DNA of 64,000 nucleotides. Origin: Eledone cirrhosa. Lineage: Eukaryota. The notes beneath the pieces were generated by a model that did not search any database, had not been told where the DNA came from, and saw only the letters and a program-made list of their open reading frames with translations. The position numbers were made by a program, and so were the translations under genes. The DNA lies in contig OZ024741.1 of the NCBI GenBank assembly GCA_964016885.1, forward strand, positions 75,950,001 through 76,014,000. Reading direction: 5' to 3'. This document shows, in pieces, positions 1 through 11,945 of the stretch; position 1 is the first letter of the stretch; every line of letters starts with the position of its first letter.

Positions 1-495
1 GCAGGTGAATGCAGAACAATTATATGAAAGACGTAAAATAAGAAAATTTTAAAAATTAAAAATCAACTTACTTACTAAAATTTTCACTCCAACTAATTAG
101 TTTCTGTAATGGGATAAATATAGTTACATAATATATATAACTATAGAGAATTCATTACGTCATCAGGGAGTCTATTCTCAGCTAAGTTCCCAGGCAATGC
201 GCGGACACTAGGAACCCATATAAAAATAATAATTCAGTAGATGGAAAGAAGCTAGCGTGGACTAAATTCCGGAGCACTGAAAAAATTTCACTGCCTCTGG
301 TCAGTGGCAGATTCTAAAGAAGCAATCACGTGACACCGAGGTTAATCAGTTAGGAGCGGGGTGGTATTATGACAAGAGCCTACTATACCATGAAACAGCA
401 GTAAATTTTGGCCAGTTTTGCTCAACAAATAATTTGGAGATAGATATAGAGAATTAGTACATCTACCAGCATATGTGTACAGATGTACATATATA
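1..495 (-). mobile_element. Diverged copy of the 523-bp hammerhead-containing non-coding repeat (retrozyme / Penelope pseudo-LTR-like), cut by the window edge
   Basis: Collinear similarity with the units at 13866-15430; no ORF; ends at a (TA)n tract. Confidence 0.75.
85..171 (-). ncRNA. Type I hammerhead ribozyme motif
   Basis: Minus strand: ACTCC-CTGATGA-CGTAATG...CATTACA-GAAA-CTAATTAG-TT-GGAGT; stem I ACTCC/GGAGT, palindromic stem III AACTAATTAGTT. Confidence 0.7.
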
Positions 496-516
496 AATCT
501 ATATATATATATATAT

Positions 517-3190
517 AGATTTTAACGGACACATAGGTAAACACTGTGACGGCTTCAATAGAGTGCATGGAGGCCATGGGGTTGGCACAAGAAATGAAGA
601 AGGATTCAGACTTCTAGAATTCTGCGACGCCAATGACATGTCGATATGTAACACAAACTTTAAAAAACCCGACAACCACCTGATTACCTATAGATCAGGG
701 GAGCATTCTAGTCAGATAGATTTTATCCTCATCAGAGGACGTGACAGATGGACAGTCGTAAACACAAAAGCCTTCCCTAGTGAGGAATGTACCTCCCAAC
801 ATAGGTCAGAACTAGACGAATCTGGAAACAGAGGCCAACCTGGAGAAGAAAGATCTGGAAGCTGAAAGACCCCTCAGCCAGTAACAGATTTAAAGATATT
901 TTACTCAACGCCTGCAACAGTAAAGAAGAACAGATAGAGACAGTCAATGTAGAAGAGCACTGGGGGTTCCTAAAAAATAACTTACTAGAGGCGGCGGATG
1001 AGATCTGTGGCTGGAGTAAGACCACAAGCAGGAGGAGAGTGATTTGGTGGTGGAACAATAAGGTAGATGAGGCAGTTAAGGCCAAGAGACAGGCATGGAA
1101 AGAATGGAAGAATGGGGGAAGCAGGGTACATTACATAGATACCAAGACGGAAGCTAGGCGACAAGTATACTTAGCTAGGAGGGAAGCAGAGGATAGAAAA
1201 TTCAAGCATGTTTTGCAACGTGAGGACCAGAAACAGGAGGTGTTCAAGATTGCGAGGCAATGTGTCAGAGAGAATTGTGATGTCATTGGATAGAAGTGTA
1301 TCCGGAATGATAAAGGTGAGCTTGCCCTCACAAGTGCTAAGAAGAAAGATGCATGGAAGAGCCATTATGATAGATTACTAAATGAGGAGAATGCATGGGA
1401 AGAAGAGACCCTACCCCAAGTAGACCCTATAGAGGGGCCAGCAGTACAAGTCATCAGCAGCGTAGTAAGTAAGACAATCAAAGATATGAAGATGGGGAAG
1501 GGAACCGGTCCATCGAGTATAGCTGCCGAGATGCTGAAGGCATCTGGGTCTGTAGGTCACACTATAACCACACGTATTGTTAACCAGGTAATACTAGAAG
1601 ATGTCATACCAAATGATTGGTGCAGTAGCATCATTGTCAACTGCTACAAAGGTAAAGGTGATGCACTAGATAGAGGAAACTATAGAGGTATAAAGCTGAT
1701 GGACCAGGTCATGAAAGTAACAGAAAGAGTTATAGTACAGTTGATTAGGGACCGAGTGAAACTAGATGAGATGCAATTTGGGTTTGTACCAGGAAGAGGC
1801 ACCATGTATAGGGGAGCAGTCAGCAAAGTTAGGATTAGCAATGAGTATAGCGAGGAATTTAGCGTACAGGTTGGTGTACACCAGGGCTCTGTTCTTAGCC
1901 CTCTCCTGTTCATCATAGTCCTGCAGGCAATAACGGAGGAGTTTAAGACCGGATGCCCATGGGAACTCCTGTATGCAGGTGACCTCGCACTTATAGCTGA
2001 ATCTATGGTAGAACTAGAGAATAAATTCCAAACTTGGAAGCAGGGACTAGAAAGAAAGGGTCTCAAAGTCAACATGACAAAGACTAAGGTCCTTGTAAGT
2101 AGACTAGAAAACAGAACCCAGATCCCCTCAGGGAAATGGCCTTGCTCAGTATGTAGGAAAAGTGTAGGTAGGAACTCCATTCTGTGCCCCAAATGCAAAC
2201 ACAATGGGTACACAAGAGATGTAGTGGGGTCTCAGGAAGCTTAATTAAGAATTTAGGCTTCACATGTAGCAGCTGTGCTGGGATAGCAAGCAGCAAACAG
2301 CCACAGGAAACAAGTACCACCAATGTCTGGGAGGGCTCTGTAGAAACAGTAGACAGCTTCTGCTACCTAGGTGACCGAATTAGCAGCATAGGTGGGTGTT
2401 CAGAAAGTACAATAACTAGGGTAAGAACGGGATGGAAGAAGTTCAGGGAACTACTGCCACTGCTAGCTGCAAAAGGCTTCTCCCTCAAAATGAAAGGCAG
2501 ACTGTATGATGCGTGTATCCGAACAGCAATGTTTCATGGTAGTGAGACCTGGGCGCTGAAGGTGGAAGACTTACGTAGATTAGAAAGAAACGAAACGAAG
2601 CCTGCATGCTCCGATGGATGTGTAATAGTAATATACGCGAACGGCAAAGCATTAATGAATTGAGAGAGACTGAGCATAAGAGGAATCAGATGCTGTGTGC
2701 AGGAGAGGCGGTTGCGTTGGTATGGACATGTGATGCGTATGAAGGATGACAGCTGCATAAAAAGGTGCAGAGCACTAGAAGTCAATGGAAACCGCGGAGT
2801 GGGGAGACCCAAGAAGACCTGGGATGAGGTGATAAAAGCCGACCTTACCCAATTACACCTCTCAAAGGCGATGACACACGACCGTGACCTCTGGCGTCAC
2901 GCAGTAATACAGAGTACCCGACCTCCCATGGGTACAAGCTGAACCATATAGACAATATGCCCCCACACCCTCCCACTGCAAAGTGGTCGTGGAGGTGCTA
3001 CGGCAAAAAAAGCACCCAGCCCACACTGTAAAGTGGACGTGTAGGCGCCACGGAAAAAAGCACCCAGCACTCACTGTAAATGAGGTTGGTGTTAGGAAGG
3101 GCATCCAGCTGTAGAAATCAAGCCAGAATCAGTTCCCGTCCCACCCTTGCTAGCAGGGAAAAGCGGACGTAAAATGAAATGAAATGATGA
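517..3190 (+). mobile_element. RTE-clade non-LTR retrotransposon, 5'-truncated and decayed (APE C-terminus + RT + 3' UTR)
   Basis: ORF pieces with SQIDFIL..SQH (APE), NYRGIKL, QFGF, GVHQGSVLSP, LLYAGD, CIRTAMFHGSETW, RLRWYGHVMR, RGVGRPKKTW; (GAAAT)/(GAT) tail; in-frame 177-bp deletion at about 1803 relative to the copy at 30657-34000. Confidence 0.93.
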
Positions 3191-3832
3191 TATATGTAAA
3201 TATATACTTATGTATTTATATCTATCGATCTATATATATATATACACACATACACATTTATATATATATTTACTCATGTATATCCGGTAATGTCATTCTA
3301 AATATGTGTGTGCTTATAAGATAGAGTGGGTGCAGACACAAATACATATTCACACACACACATCCATACACACACAAGCACTCAAGTGCATACTCATACA
3401 TTTTCACACACATTACTATACCCCTCCCTCTAAATGTTCACACACACACACACGTGTGTATGTGTATGCTGACACCCACATTCCAGAAGAAGGCTAGGTC
3501 AGGTAGTTCCTGTGATTCTTTCATTCCACACCTGTGACATTTCATTCCATACCTGCCACACATTACTGAAATACCCTCACCTTATTTTCTACCAATAGGA
3601 ATTTGCCTGTTGATCCCCACCAGTCATAATTGTTTTTCTGTTGCTGGTTTCAGTCATAAGACTGCGACCATGCTGTGGCACCTACTTAAATAGATTTAGT
3701 TGACCATATTGTCCCTAATACATATTAAATTTTTTTTTATTGAACCTTTAAGTTATGGACATAAACAAACAGAAAAATGTAAACATGCACACACACATAC
3801 AAACATACAGACACATCTATATATGTATGTAT

Positions 3833-3905
3833 GGCCCTGTGGCCTAATGGATATGGAGTCGGCCTCCGGAGCCAAAGATTGTGGGTTCAAGTCCCATCAG
3901 GGTCA
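3833..3905 (+). tRNA. tRNA-Arg(CCG)-like gene, probably a pseudogene
   Basis: 73 nt; acceptor GGCCCTG/CAGGGTC, anticodon loop CTCCGGA, T arm GTGGG-TTCAAGT-CCCAT; mismatches in the D stem and anticodon stem. Confidence 0.75.
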
Positions 3906-3977
3906 ATATGCACAAGGTTTAATTTTCCTGACTTCTCCGATACATCATTTCAGATTTATATCAAATATATGTATATA

Positions 3978-4355
3978 TCATCATCATCATCATCATCAAC
4001 GTTTAACGTCCGTGTTCCACGCTTGCATGGGTTTGGACGGGGGTATTCCCACTTGAGGCAAGAGTGATTGTCTTGCTCGCATAGGACTGTCTGGCAGGTT
4101 TTCTACAATTGGATGCCCTTCCTAACACCAACCACATTTACAGTGTGGGGCTGGGAGGTTTTTACCGTGTTGCCTACACGGCCACATTTACAGCGTGGAC
4201 TGTGTGTTTTTTTGTCGTGACACCTACACGATCTCATTTGTTTCGGCCTGGATGTTGTGGCACCAACATAACTTTACATAGGAGGGGGTGGTGTGGATGG
4301 GGTGTGGGTGGTGGGACGGGGGTGTATTTTGTTAGAGATGCCTACTGGCTGTAGT
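3978..4355 (-). mobile_element. Short non-autonomous retroposon with RTE-type 3' end
   Basis: (CAT)n tail, GGATGCCCTTCCTAACACCAACC core shared with the RTE 3' UTR; inverted homolog of 4432-4817. Confidence 0.75.
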
Positions 4356-4368
4356 AGGTTTTACTATG

Positions 4369-4410
<42 letters not shown>

Positions 4411-4431
4411 CATATATATATATATATATAT

Positions 4432-4817
4432 GTCAGTAGGCACCTCTTAACCAAATATACACCCCAACCCACTACCCCTACTCCATCCTCCCACTCCCAC
4501 CAACAGCACCCTTTCGCTGTAAAGTTATGTTGGTACCACAACATCCAGTCCAAACTAATGAGGTCGTGTAGGTGTCACAACAAAAAAACACACAGTCCAC
4601 GCTGTAATGTGGCCGTGTAGGTAACACAGTAAAAAGTTCCCAGTCCACACTGTAAATGTGGTTGGTGTTAGGAAGGGCATCCAGCATAGAAAACCTACCA
4701 GATAGTCCTATAAGAGCGAGAGACGGTCACCCGACCAATCTTGCCTCAAGTGGGACAATTCCCGTCTAACCTATGCTACCGTGGAAGATAGCCGTTAAAC
4801 GATGATGATGATGATGA
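4432..4817 (+). mobile_element. Short non-autonomous retroposon with RTE-type 3' end
   Basis: GGTTGGTGTTAGGAAGGGCATCCAGC core, CCCGTCTAACC motif, (GAT)n tail; close homolog at 24885-25205. Confidence 0.75.
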
Positions 4818-4833
4818 TATATATAAATATATA

Positions 4834-5200
4834 TGGTTTCATGCCTGGGAAAAGTACTACAGACACCCTCTTTTTAGTGAGGCAATTGCAAGAGAAGTTC
4901 TTAACCAAAAATAAGCCACTGTATCTAGCTTTTGTTGATTTAAATAATGCATATGACAGAGTACCCCGATCTATTATCTGGTGGTCTGTAAGGAAATTAG
5001 GTGTAGTTGAATGGTTGATGAGAGCAGTGCGAGTCATGTACAGAGGAGCTGTCAGCTAAGCGAGAGTAGGAAATGATTTTCGTGAGGAATTCATCAGGGT
5101 TCAGGTCTTAGCCCACTACTATTCATTATAGTTCTCTGAACTATAACAGGAGTTTAAGACCAGCTGCCCATGGGAACTTCTCCACGAAGATGATCTGGTC
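4834..5200 (+). pseudogene. RTE reverse transcriptase fragment (different subfamily)
   Basis: GFMPGKSTTDTLFLVRQLQEK..LAFVDL..AYDRVPR, then degraded QGSxLSP and CPWELL. Confidence 0.85.
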
Positions 5201-6349
5201 CATATAATATAACTCCAGTTACATTTTCGATTTCTTTTCCTTATTAATATATATATATATTAACAATAGCACTAACATTGCACGATTCATAAAAGGGGTG
5301 TACATAAGGGCATATATAATATGTTTATGTATAACAAACATAAGTCTTTTGTTATAACAGTTTTAAGCTGTGATCATATCACAGCTATCTCAGTAGCTGT
5401 GTGAGAATGCTAGACACTAATGCTTCCGGATTTTTTATTTATAACCAGTGACAATTTTGCATCTAAATCATCTACTGGTGATATCCATTTGCATATAGAG
5501 CATGTTTGAATCACTTGCATTAATTAGCATTAGCACTAATATAGTATGATATATGCATAAATATTTCATATATACCTTCATATACATCTTTATTATGAAT
5601 CACACTATATTAGTGCTACTCCAAATTAAACCAAGCTTGTTCTTGTGGTGACTCTTTGGCACTATTTGTTCCAATATAGAAACTATCAGCCTGAGAGAGA
5701 GGCCATGTTGAAACCAATCTTTAAAAAACTACCAAGATTGGAAGTTCAATATATGATTACAGGTCTACCAAATATAAACAAAATCTTTGAGTACATGGAA
5801 GCTACGAAAAGATTCAACAAGAGAAACTTCTAGCTGCTTTACAGCTTCTCTTGTTTCTTTTCTTATTCCTAATATATCTCCCATTGGCCTTCAATATTTG
5901 AAATTTTATTTTTATTTTATTTTATTTTTCATTAACCTTTTTTTATTACCAACTGTAAGGAGTATTCGATATTTCCCCTAGTCTGTCATGGCTTACTAGC
6001 TCTATAGACGTTTAAATTGAATAAATAAATAAATAAGCATGTACTATATGCAAATGAACTTCTCAAGCAAATATTTAATATGCAAAATGTATATAAGTTT
6101 CAGTTGTTCTTATCTCAATACTGAGTGAATAAGCATCACTAATTATGGATAAAATATTCTGAAACACTAGTGTATGGTGTTCCCACACAACTAGTAAGAT
6201 AGCAGTGATTTAAACAGAGTTTAAAATACTCATAGTGAAATTTATGTATGTTGACTTTTCATATACACCTTTATTAATATCTCCCATCCTCTTTGACTAT
6301 CTTTCTATCGCTCAAATTTTTTTGCTTTGTGCTTATATTAGGAATCCAT

Positions 6350-6470
6350 ATTTCCGTTCTGAGTTCAAAACTTGCCAAGGTTAACTTTACCTTTCATCCT
6401 TCTAGGGATGTTGATAAAATAAAGTTGCAACCAAGTACTGGGGTTAATTTAATTAACTATGCTCTACAGG
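6350..6470 (+). mobile_element. tRNA-derived SINE remnant with Meta-domain-like core; further copies at about 27180-27265(-), 29670-29800, 35100-35190(-), 36040-36190, 47105-47310, 48585-48640, 49435-49610, 56860-56950(-)
   Basis: B-box GAGTTCAAATCC followed by the recurrent AACTTTGCCTTTCATCCT..GGGTCGATAAAATAAAGTACCAGT core, resembling the MetaSINE/Sauria-SINE core. Confidence 0.65.
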
Positions 6471-6662
6471 GCCAGATTAAAGCAACCAGTAGACCTGGGC
6501 TAGAGAACATTTAGGGCCTTCAGCATCTGCTTGCAACAAAAATTAATGGCAATTAAAAGTACATGGGTGTAGACCTACACATAGAACAATACTGCGATTC
6601 CAGTATTGATCCATTCTGACCACTAAACAAAGGTGACACCCCAAAAAACTAAATGTACTGAC

Positions 6663-6901
6663 TGTGGTTAGAAAAAGCTACTTCACTTACCGCTTATTGT
6701 TGGCACCGCTAATCCAATGGCTGGTTTCTCTTCTTCCACGTGCGTACAATCCAACTCGTTAACCGGGAGCTCCAAAACTCACGTCCACCACCTTCGTTGA
6801 CCACCCTAGAGAGATGCAGACCTGCTGGCCCTTCCGGTCAAGCACTCTTCGGATCGAGCACTCCCCAGCCTCCGGCCACCGCACAACACACCATACCCAC
6901 A
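6663..6901 (-). repeat. 3' LTR (239 bp)
   Basis: Direct repeat of 10465-10735; two 16-bp CTTCCGGTCRAGCAC-type subrepeats. Confidence 0.93.
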
Positions 6902-6913
6902 CGCCCCCTGATC

Positions 6914-9600
6914 TCAAGGATCAATTTCCCCCTCGTCCTGCTGCATATGAAAGTCTGCTGTCCAGGTTGGTCGTTTGCGACTTCTTTGCGATCTCCGCAG
7001 TGTTGGGGTGGCACTTTGGGTTTCCTCTTCCCCGGAGTCCGTTGACACAGTAATTCTACGGACATGACGTGGTACTCCGTCCACGGACACATTGTTCTGG
7101 GAATTTACGGCCGTCACCGTTCCCCTTCCCCATTGAGATGTGCAACGTGCATCTGGGGGCTTAACCCAGACTTCTTCGCCCACCTGCACGAATGCATTCT
7201 CTCTCTCCACTGGCCGTTGTGGTGGCGTGCACAGGTGCTGCCACTCGTATCTGAATACTGCTCTGTGTGGCACCGATTCCTCAACCTGTCCCACCCGAGG
7301 AGACATGTTGTACCAGAACACTGCCTCCATTGGTGAGATGTGGTCCCACTCCGACATTGCTTTGATCGTCCGGTGGTGTCGCTCCACGATTCCATTTCCG
7401 CTCAGCCTGTACGCTGCTCTGAAGAAATGTTCTACCTTCCATCCATCGAGCATCTCCCTCAGCGTCTCCGAGCGGAACGCTGTGCTGTTGTCCATCAGCA
7501 GTTCGTTCACAGGGCCCCACTCCAAGAACACCTCTCTCAACGTCCGTGTGATTTCCTCGGCCGTTCCAGCCTTCATCTCCCTCCATATCGCCATCCGTCC
7601 CGGTCTACAGTCGACCATCGAGAGGCATGTTCCTTGTCAGTAGTGTGTTACATCCACCGCCAATCGCTTCCAGTCGCGATCCACCAGGAGGCTTCCAGTT
7701 TCGTGCACACCTGGGGTGGCATCAATGGACTGATATCGGACGCAGCCTCTAACCACTCTTTGAACACTGTGTCTGCTAACGTCCGAGTCGATTCTCCTGG
7801 CTAGGAACAGAGTCCTATCCACTCCCATGTGGTGCATGTCATGCAGCCCTTTCAGATCCGACTCGGTCAGCCGATACACGGCAGCTATCTTCTTTTCTAC
7901 ATCCTCCGCCCTATTTTTCTCTGAGGGCACGAAAACTACACTCAGCTTCAGGTCGAACTCGGTGGCCAGCTCTCCTAAAGTTCCCAGGCGGCACTTTATC
8001 TCCGCCGCCCCTCTCGTTCACACTCTCTTCTCACTGGTGAGCACTGATCTCACCATCCGAGTACAGTAGCCGAGTCGGTGCGAATTTCGATGGTGCGCAG
8101 TCCCCACCTCAGGGCGAGGTTCACCTCTCTCAACACCAGGTCCAGTTCGACCACATTGATGTGGTTGTAATTGTCCTTCTTTCTAAGCCAGGCTGCATCC
8201 CCAACCTCAACACCTCTTATCTCCAACGTGACACCTAGCGCTATGCTTCTGGCATCACACCATACGGTCCCGCTCTGCGATTTGGGAACATACCAGCGTC
8301 CCCGCACTGGGTCGTCGGCCTTCACCCTCTTCATGATCTCCTGCATCATGGTCACCGTCCTCTCTCCCACTCTGTCACTCCAAGTCACCCCGCCCGCTCG
8401 TCTCTTGACATAGCTGCATGCCATCTGGAGCCACCCAGCAATCAGGTAGTGACCCACCAACTTTCCACATGCCGAGAAAAGCTCCCGCCTACTCATACTT
8501 GGGCCCAGTTCTGGAACTTCATTTCCCCTCTGGAATACTAACACGCCCGTCCTGTCTCGCCGTAGCCTAAGTCCCAGCGAGGCTCCTCCCTCCAACGCTT
8601 CAGACGGCTTCGCAGCCAGTCCATACCCCTGTAAATGGCTTGTGACTTCCGCCGCCGACATTACAGACTCGTCCACTAGGATGTCGTCAATGTAGGAATT
8701 AGTGGCCCTCTTCATCTTGTCAGCCTTTCCCAGAATGGTCTTGAGGACCGCCGCCATGATCTTCGCCGCCATGATCTTCGTCAGGCAATATGTCCGGCCC
8801 TTATACCTGACCAGCTGATACTGCCAGAGCTTCTCATCTATGTGTAATTGTAAGTATGCCGACTTTAGATCGACGATTGCGGTGGCCCCCGTCATGCGTC
8901 ACCACTCACACAGGATTTCCCCACAGACATCCGTGACCTCGCCACCCGTGTGGCATGACACGTGCTTGTTCAGCTCCCGAAAGTCCAGTACCGGCCTCAC
9001 CTTGTTCTTCGTGGGTTGCGCCACCGCTCTTAATGGCAATACTCCACACTTCACCTCCTCTTTCCAGGGAAGCAGTATGCCCTTCTCAATCCATCTCTCT
9101 ACCTCTCGCTCCTAATGTCTCCCTTCAATGTGTGTTGATAGCAGCCCACTTTGATCTTCAGTGTTGGTGGTTCTCCCTTCCAGTACCACTCAACAACCCA
9201 TCGTTGCCCATCGAACACGGCCTTGAAGTCTTTGTACAGTGAAAGCGGGATATTTCTCCTGTCGCGTACTCACAGCGCATACCGATGCGGCGCCGCCTAA
9301 CGACACACCGACATTGTTCACTGTGACGCCTCCTAGACGGCCAATTGCGTCCATGCCCATAACTACGCCGATCCCATCCACCACGTTGTCGACTACGATG
9401 GTAGAAAGCTTTATTTTCTTTCCCCGTATCGCCATCTCCACCTCGCTGCGACCTCGGCATTCAATTTTCCTACCGCCGACTGCCCTTACCTCTCCACCTC
9501 TGCGCCACCCCCGCGGTCACCAGTGTAGTCGTACAGCCCGTGTCCACGAGGGCTCGCTGTGGTTTTCCCCTCACGAAGACTTTCACCACGGGCAGCGCCT
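6914..9600 (-). pseudogene. pol: Gypsy pol (protease, RT, RNase H, integrase), frameshifted
   Basis: ALVDTGCTTT protease (about 9520-9555), DLKSAYLQ and YIDDILV RT, WCDA RNase H, HDMHH..C zinc finger, DVTHY / DNSTAF / ERHHRT DDE integrase. Confidence 0.92.
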
Positions 9601-10347
9601 CTACTCGTAAGGGGCAGCTACCCTTGGATTGTTTCCCTGGTCGCAGCTAGTAGCGATGTGGCCTGGTCGCTTACACCGGTAGCATATTTTGTCCGGCCTA
9701 AACTCTCTACAGTCTCTCGCCATGTGCGGGCCCTGGCACCTAAAACAACAACCTCTAAACGTTCGCGGGCGACCGCGTGCCGTGGTTGCCTCTCTTTCAC
9801 CATTTTGCTGCCGGCTGCCTTGGGCCTCTGTTATTGCTATCGTCGCGACACTCTTCTTGGCATCTTCTGCTATGATGCGGGCTTGCTCCACCAGTACACG
9901 CATCTCCATTTCCTTGTAACCCGGGACTTGCTGCAGTTTCACCGCTATGTCGTCTGGAAATCCATTTATGAACGCCAACCGCACCGTGCATTCGCATTCC
10001 ACCTGATATCCAGCCAACATGGCCAATCTCCGTATTTCCGCTGCGAAAATGTCAACGCGTTCACCGTTCCATCTAATCCTTGCCAGCTTAGTAAAAGAGG
10101 CTAACGGTCCTTCCGCGAACGTTTCCATCATACGCCTCTCAATCTTTTGCGCATCCATTTGGCTGTGTTCATCCATCTCTAGGAAAAGTGCCAAAGCATC
10201 CCCTTCGAGGTACAGTGCCATGAGGCCAGCCACATCTATCTTCTGTAAGCTTGCGACCAGCCGGACTTTTTGCAACCAGGCGACAACATCGCCTTCACCA
10301 GTAAATGCTCTAATCACTTCTCCGCTCATTCGTAATCTCGTCGCCAT
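9601..10347 (-). CDS. gag: Gag polyprotein with two CCHC zinc knuckles, open ORF (248 aa)
   Basis: CFRCQGPHMARDC and CYRCKRPGHIATSC; starts about 120 bp after the 5' LTR. Confidence 0.88.
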   Translation of the reverse strand: MATRLRMSGEVIRAFTGEGDVVAWLQKVRLVASLQKIDVAGLMALYLEGDALALFLEMDEHSQMDAQKIERRMMETFAEGPLASFTKLARIRWNGERVDIFAAEIRRLAMLAGYQVECECTVRLAFINGFPDDIAVKLQQVPGYKEMEMRVLVEQARIIAEDAKKSVATIAITEAQGSRQQNGEREATTARGRPRTFRGCCFRCQGPHMARDCREFRPDKICYRCKRPGHIATSCDQGNNPRVAAPYE

Positions 10348-10464
10348 ATCCTAATGTTGTCCTGCCGTAAGTAATAAAAAACAACAGACTCCTCTCTGTT
10401 CTTCAGTAGCTTTGTTTTCGAGAAAGTTCTTTTTTTTTTATCGTCTTCCAGTGCCGAAATAGCT

Positions 10465-10735
10465 TGTGGTTAGAAAAAGCTACTTCACTTACCGCTTATT
10501 ACTGGCACCGCTAATCCAATGGCTGGTTTCTCCTCTCCCACGTGCGTACAATCCAACTCGTTAACCGGGAGCTCCAAAACTCACGTCCACCACCTTCGCT
10601 GACCACCCTAGAGAGAGGCAGACCTGCTGACCCTTCCGGTCGAGCACACTTCCGGTCAAGCACCCTTCCGGTCAAGCGCTCTTCCGGTCGAGCACTCCCC
10701 AACCTCCGGCCACCGCACACCACACCATACCCACA
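10465..10735 (-). repeat. 5' LTR (271 bp)
   Basis: Direct repeat of 6663-6901; four 16-bp subrepeats. Confidence 0.93.
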
Positions 10736-11042
10736 CTCACTACTAGTTATAATAATCTAACTGTTGAAAAATGAGTTGTGTTTCATAAACAAGATGGGTA
10801 CCCCTAGTCTGTGAAGCCCTGGGCTGCAACCTACTTAGCTTATATGTAAAGCTAATACTGGTGCTCAATACCCCAAAGTTGTTTTCCTTGTGCCTATATA
10901 AGGAATTGATATTTACAGGAACCAACATGTTACTCATTAAGATTAACAGATTAATTCTAGTATCTGTACTATCAATGGAGATAAGTTATAAACCTCCATG
11001 TAGATAAAAGTTTGTTGGGGCTAACTTTTTGAGTAGAGTCAA

Positions 11043-11100
11043 TGTCAAATATCTCCAGCTATGAAAACTCACTAGTTTTCATAGTTGGAGATATTTGACA
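11043..11100. repeat. Hairpin, 27-bp arms with a 4-nt loop
   Basis: TGTCAAATATCTCCAGCTATGAAAACT-CACT-AGTTTTCATAGTTGGAGATATTTGACA, one G-T mismatch. Confidence 0.85.
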
Positions 11101-11945
11101 ATGTAAGATAAACTCTTTTGTGACTAATAAAATACACTGCTTATGTGTTTCAATTAATTTTTTTTTTATTAACCAGGAATTTGAAAAGATTTAGCATTTA
11201 CATTACTTTATATATACTATTGTATTTTTATGGTAAAGGCTTTATCTTACATAATTATCTCACATAATATCGAATCTACGAGATTTTGATGTTATTCATT
11301 TTGAGAAAAATACCTTAACGTCAGTATGAGAAGCCAGTTATGGCTGGTTTAAATGCTGGCCAGATATGGCTGGTTTAAATGCTAATGGGTTAATAACTAA
11401 TTCCACCATTCTTAAATTGTTGATTGAAATATAACTTAACAGATAGTTCTTATGTATGATTTTGTGAGCAAGTTTAAATTTAGATAAAATATTTTTAAAT
11501 GGAAAGTTTTGTATAATAAATCAGGGAATAATCTCAAGCAGGGTGGTATCGAAATGGTTAAAAGCTTTATCATGAGATCAGTAAGAAGAAATAAACAGGT
11601 TGCACCTTTTCAATCCAGCAAATAAAACCTTTAAGAGAGAAGGATATACTCTAAAAGAGATTTGACTACTATTTCTAGCAGTTTGAGCACTCATATAGAA
11701 GCTCCTTCATTGACTCATGTTGTATATCTGGGCGTGTCTGCTTTGTCATTCTTTAGTTTAATTGTATTTAGACATTATATTGGGGGGGGGGGGGGGGATT
11801 CGCTATAATTGACACAATCATTTTCAATAGGTTTATGATGAATTTATTGACTACTTTTATGATTTATTCTGAAAAGCATTTATTTAGTGATACTTCCTCA
11901 TATATTCTGTATATGTCATTTTATATATATATTTATATATATATA

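Larger units (their letters stand above)
6663..10735 (-). mobile_element. Compact Ty3/Gypsy LTR retrotransposon (4073 bp) with both LTRs and a decayed pol
   Basis: TG..CA LTRs at 6663-6901 and 10465-10735; flanks CTGAC/CTCAC (5-bp TSD with 1 mismatch); purine tract AGGGGGCG before the 3' LTR; domain order gag-PR-RT-RH-IN. Confidence 0.95.

Noticed and set aside
5645-5833. 62-aa ORF (HYLFQYRNY..)
   Set aside because: Resembles a decayed LINE C-terminus but is too short to assign; no splice support for a host exon
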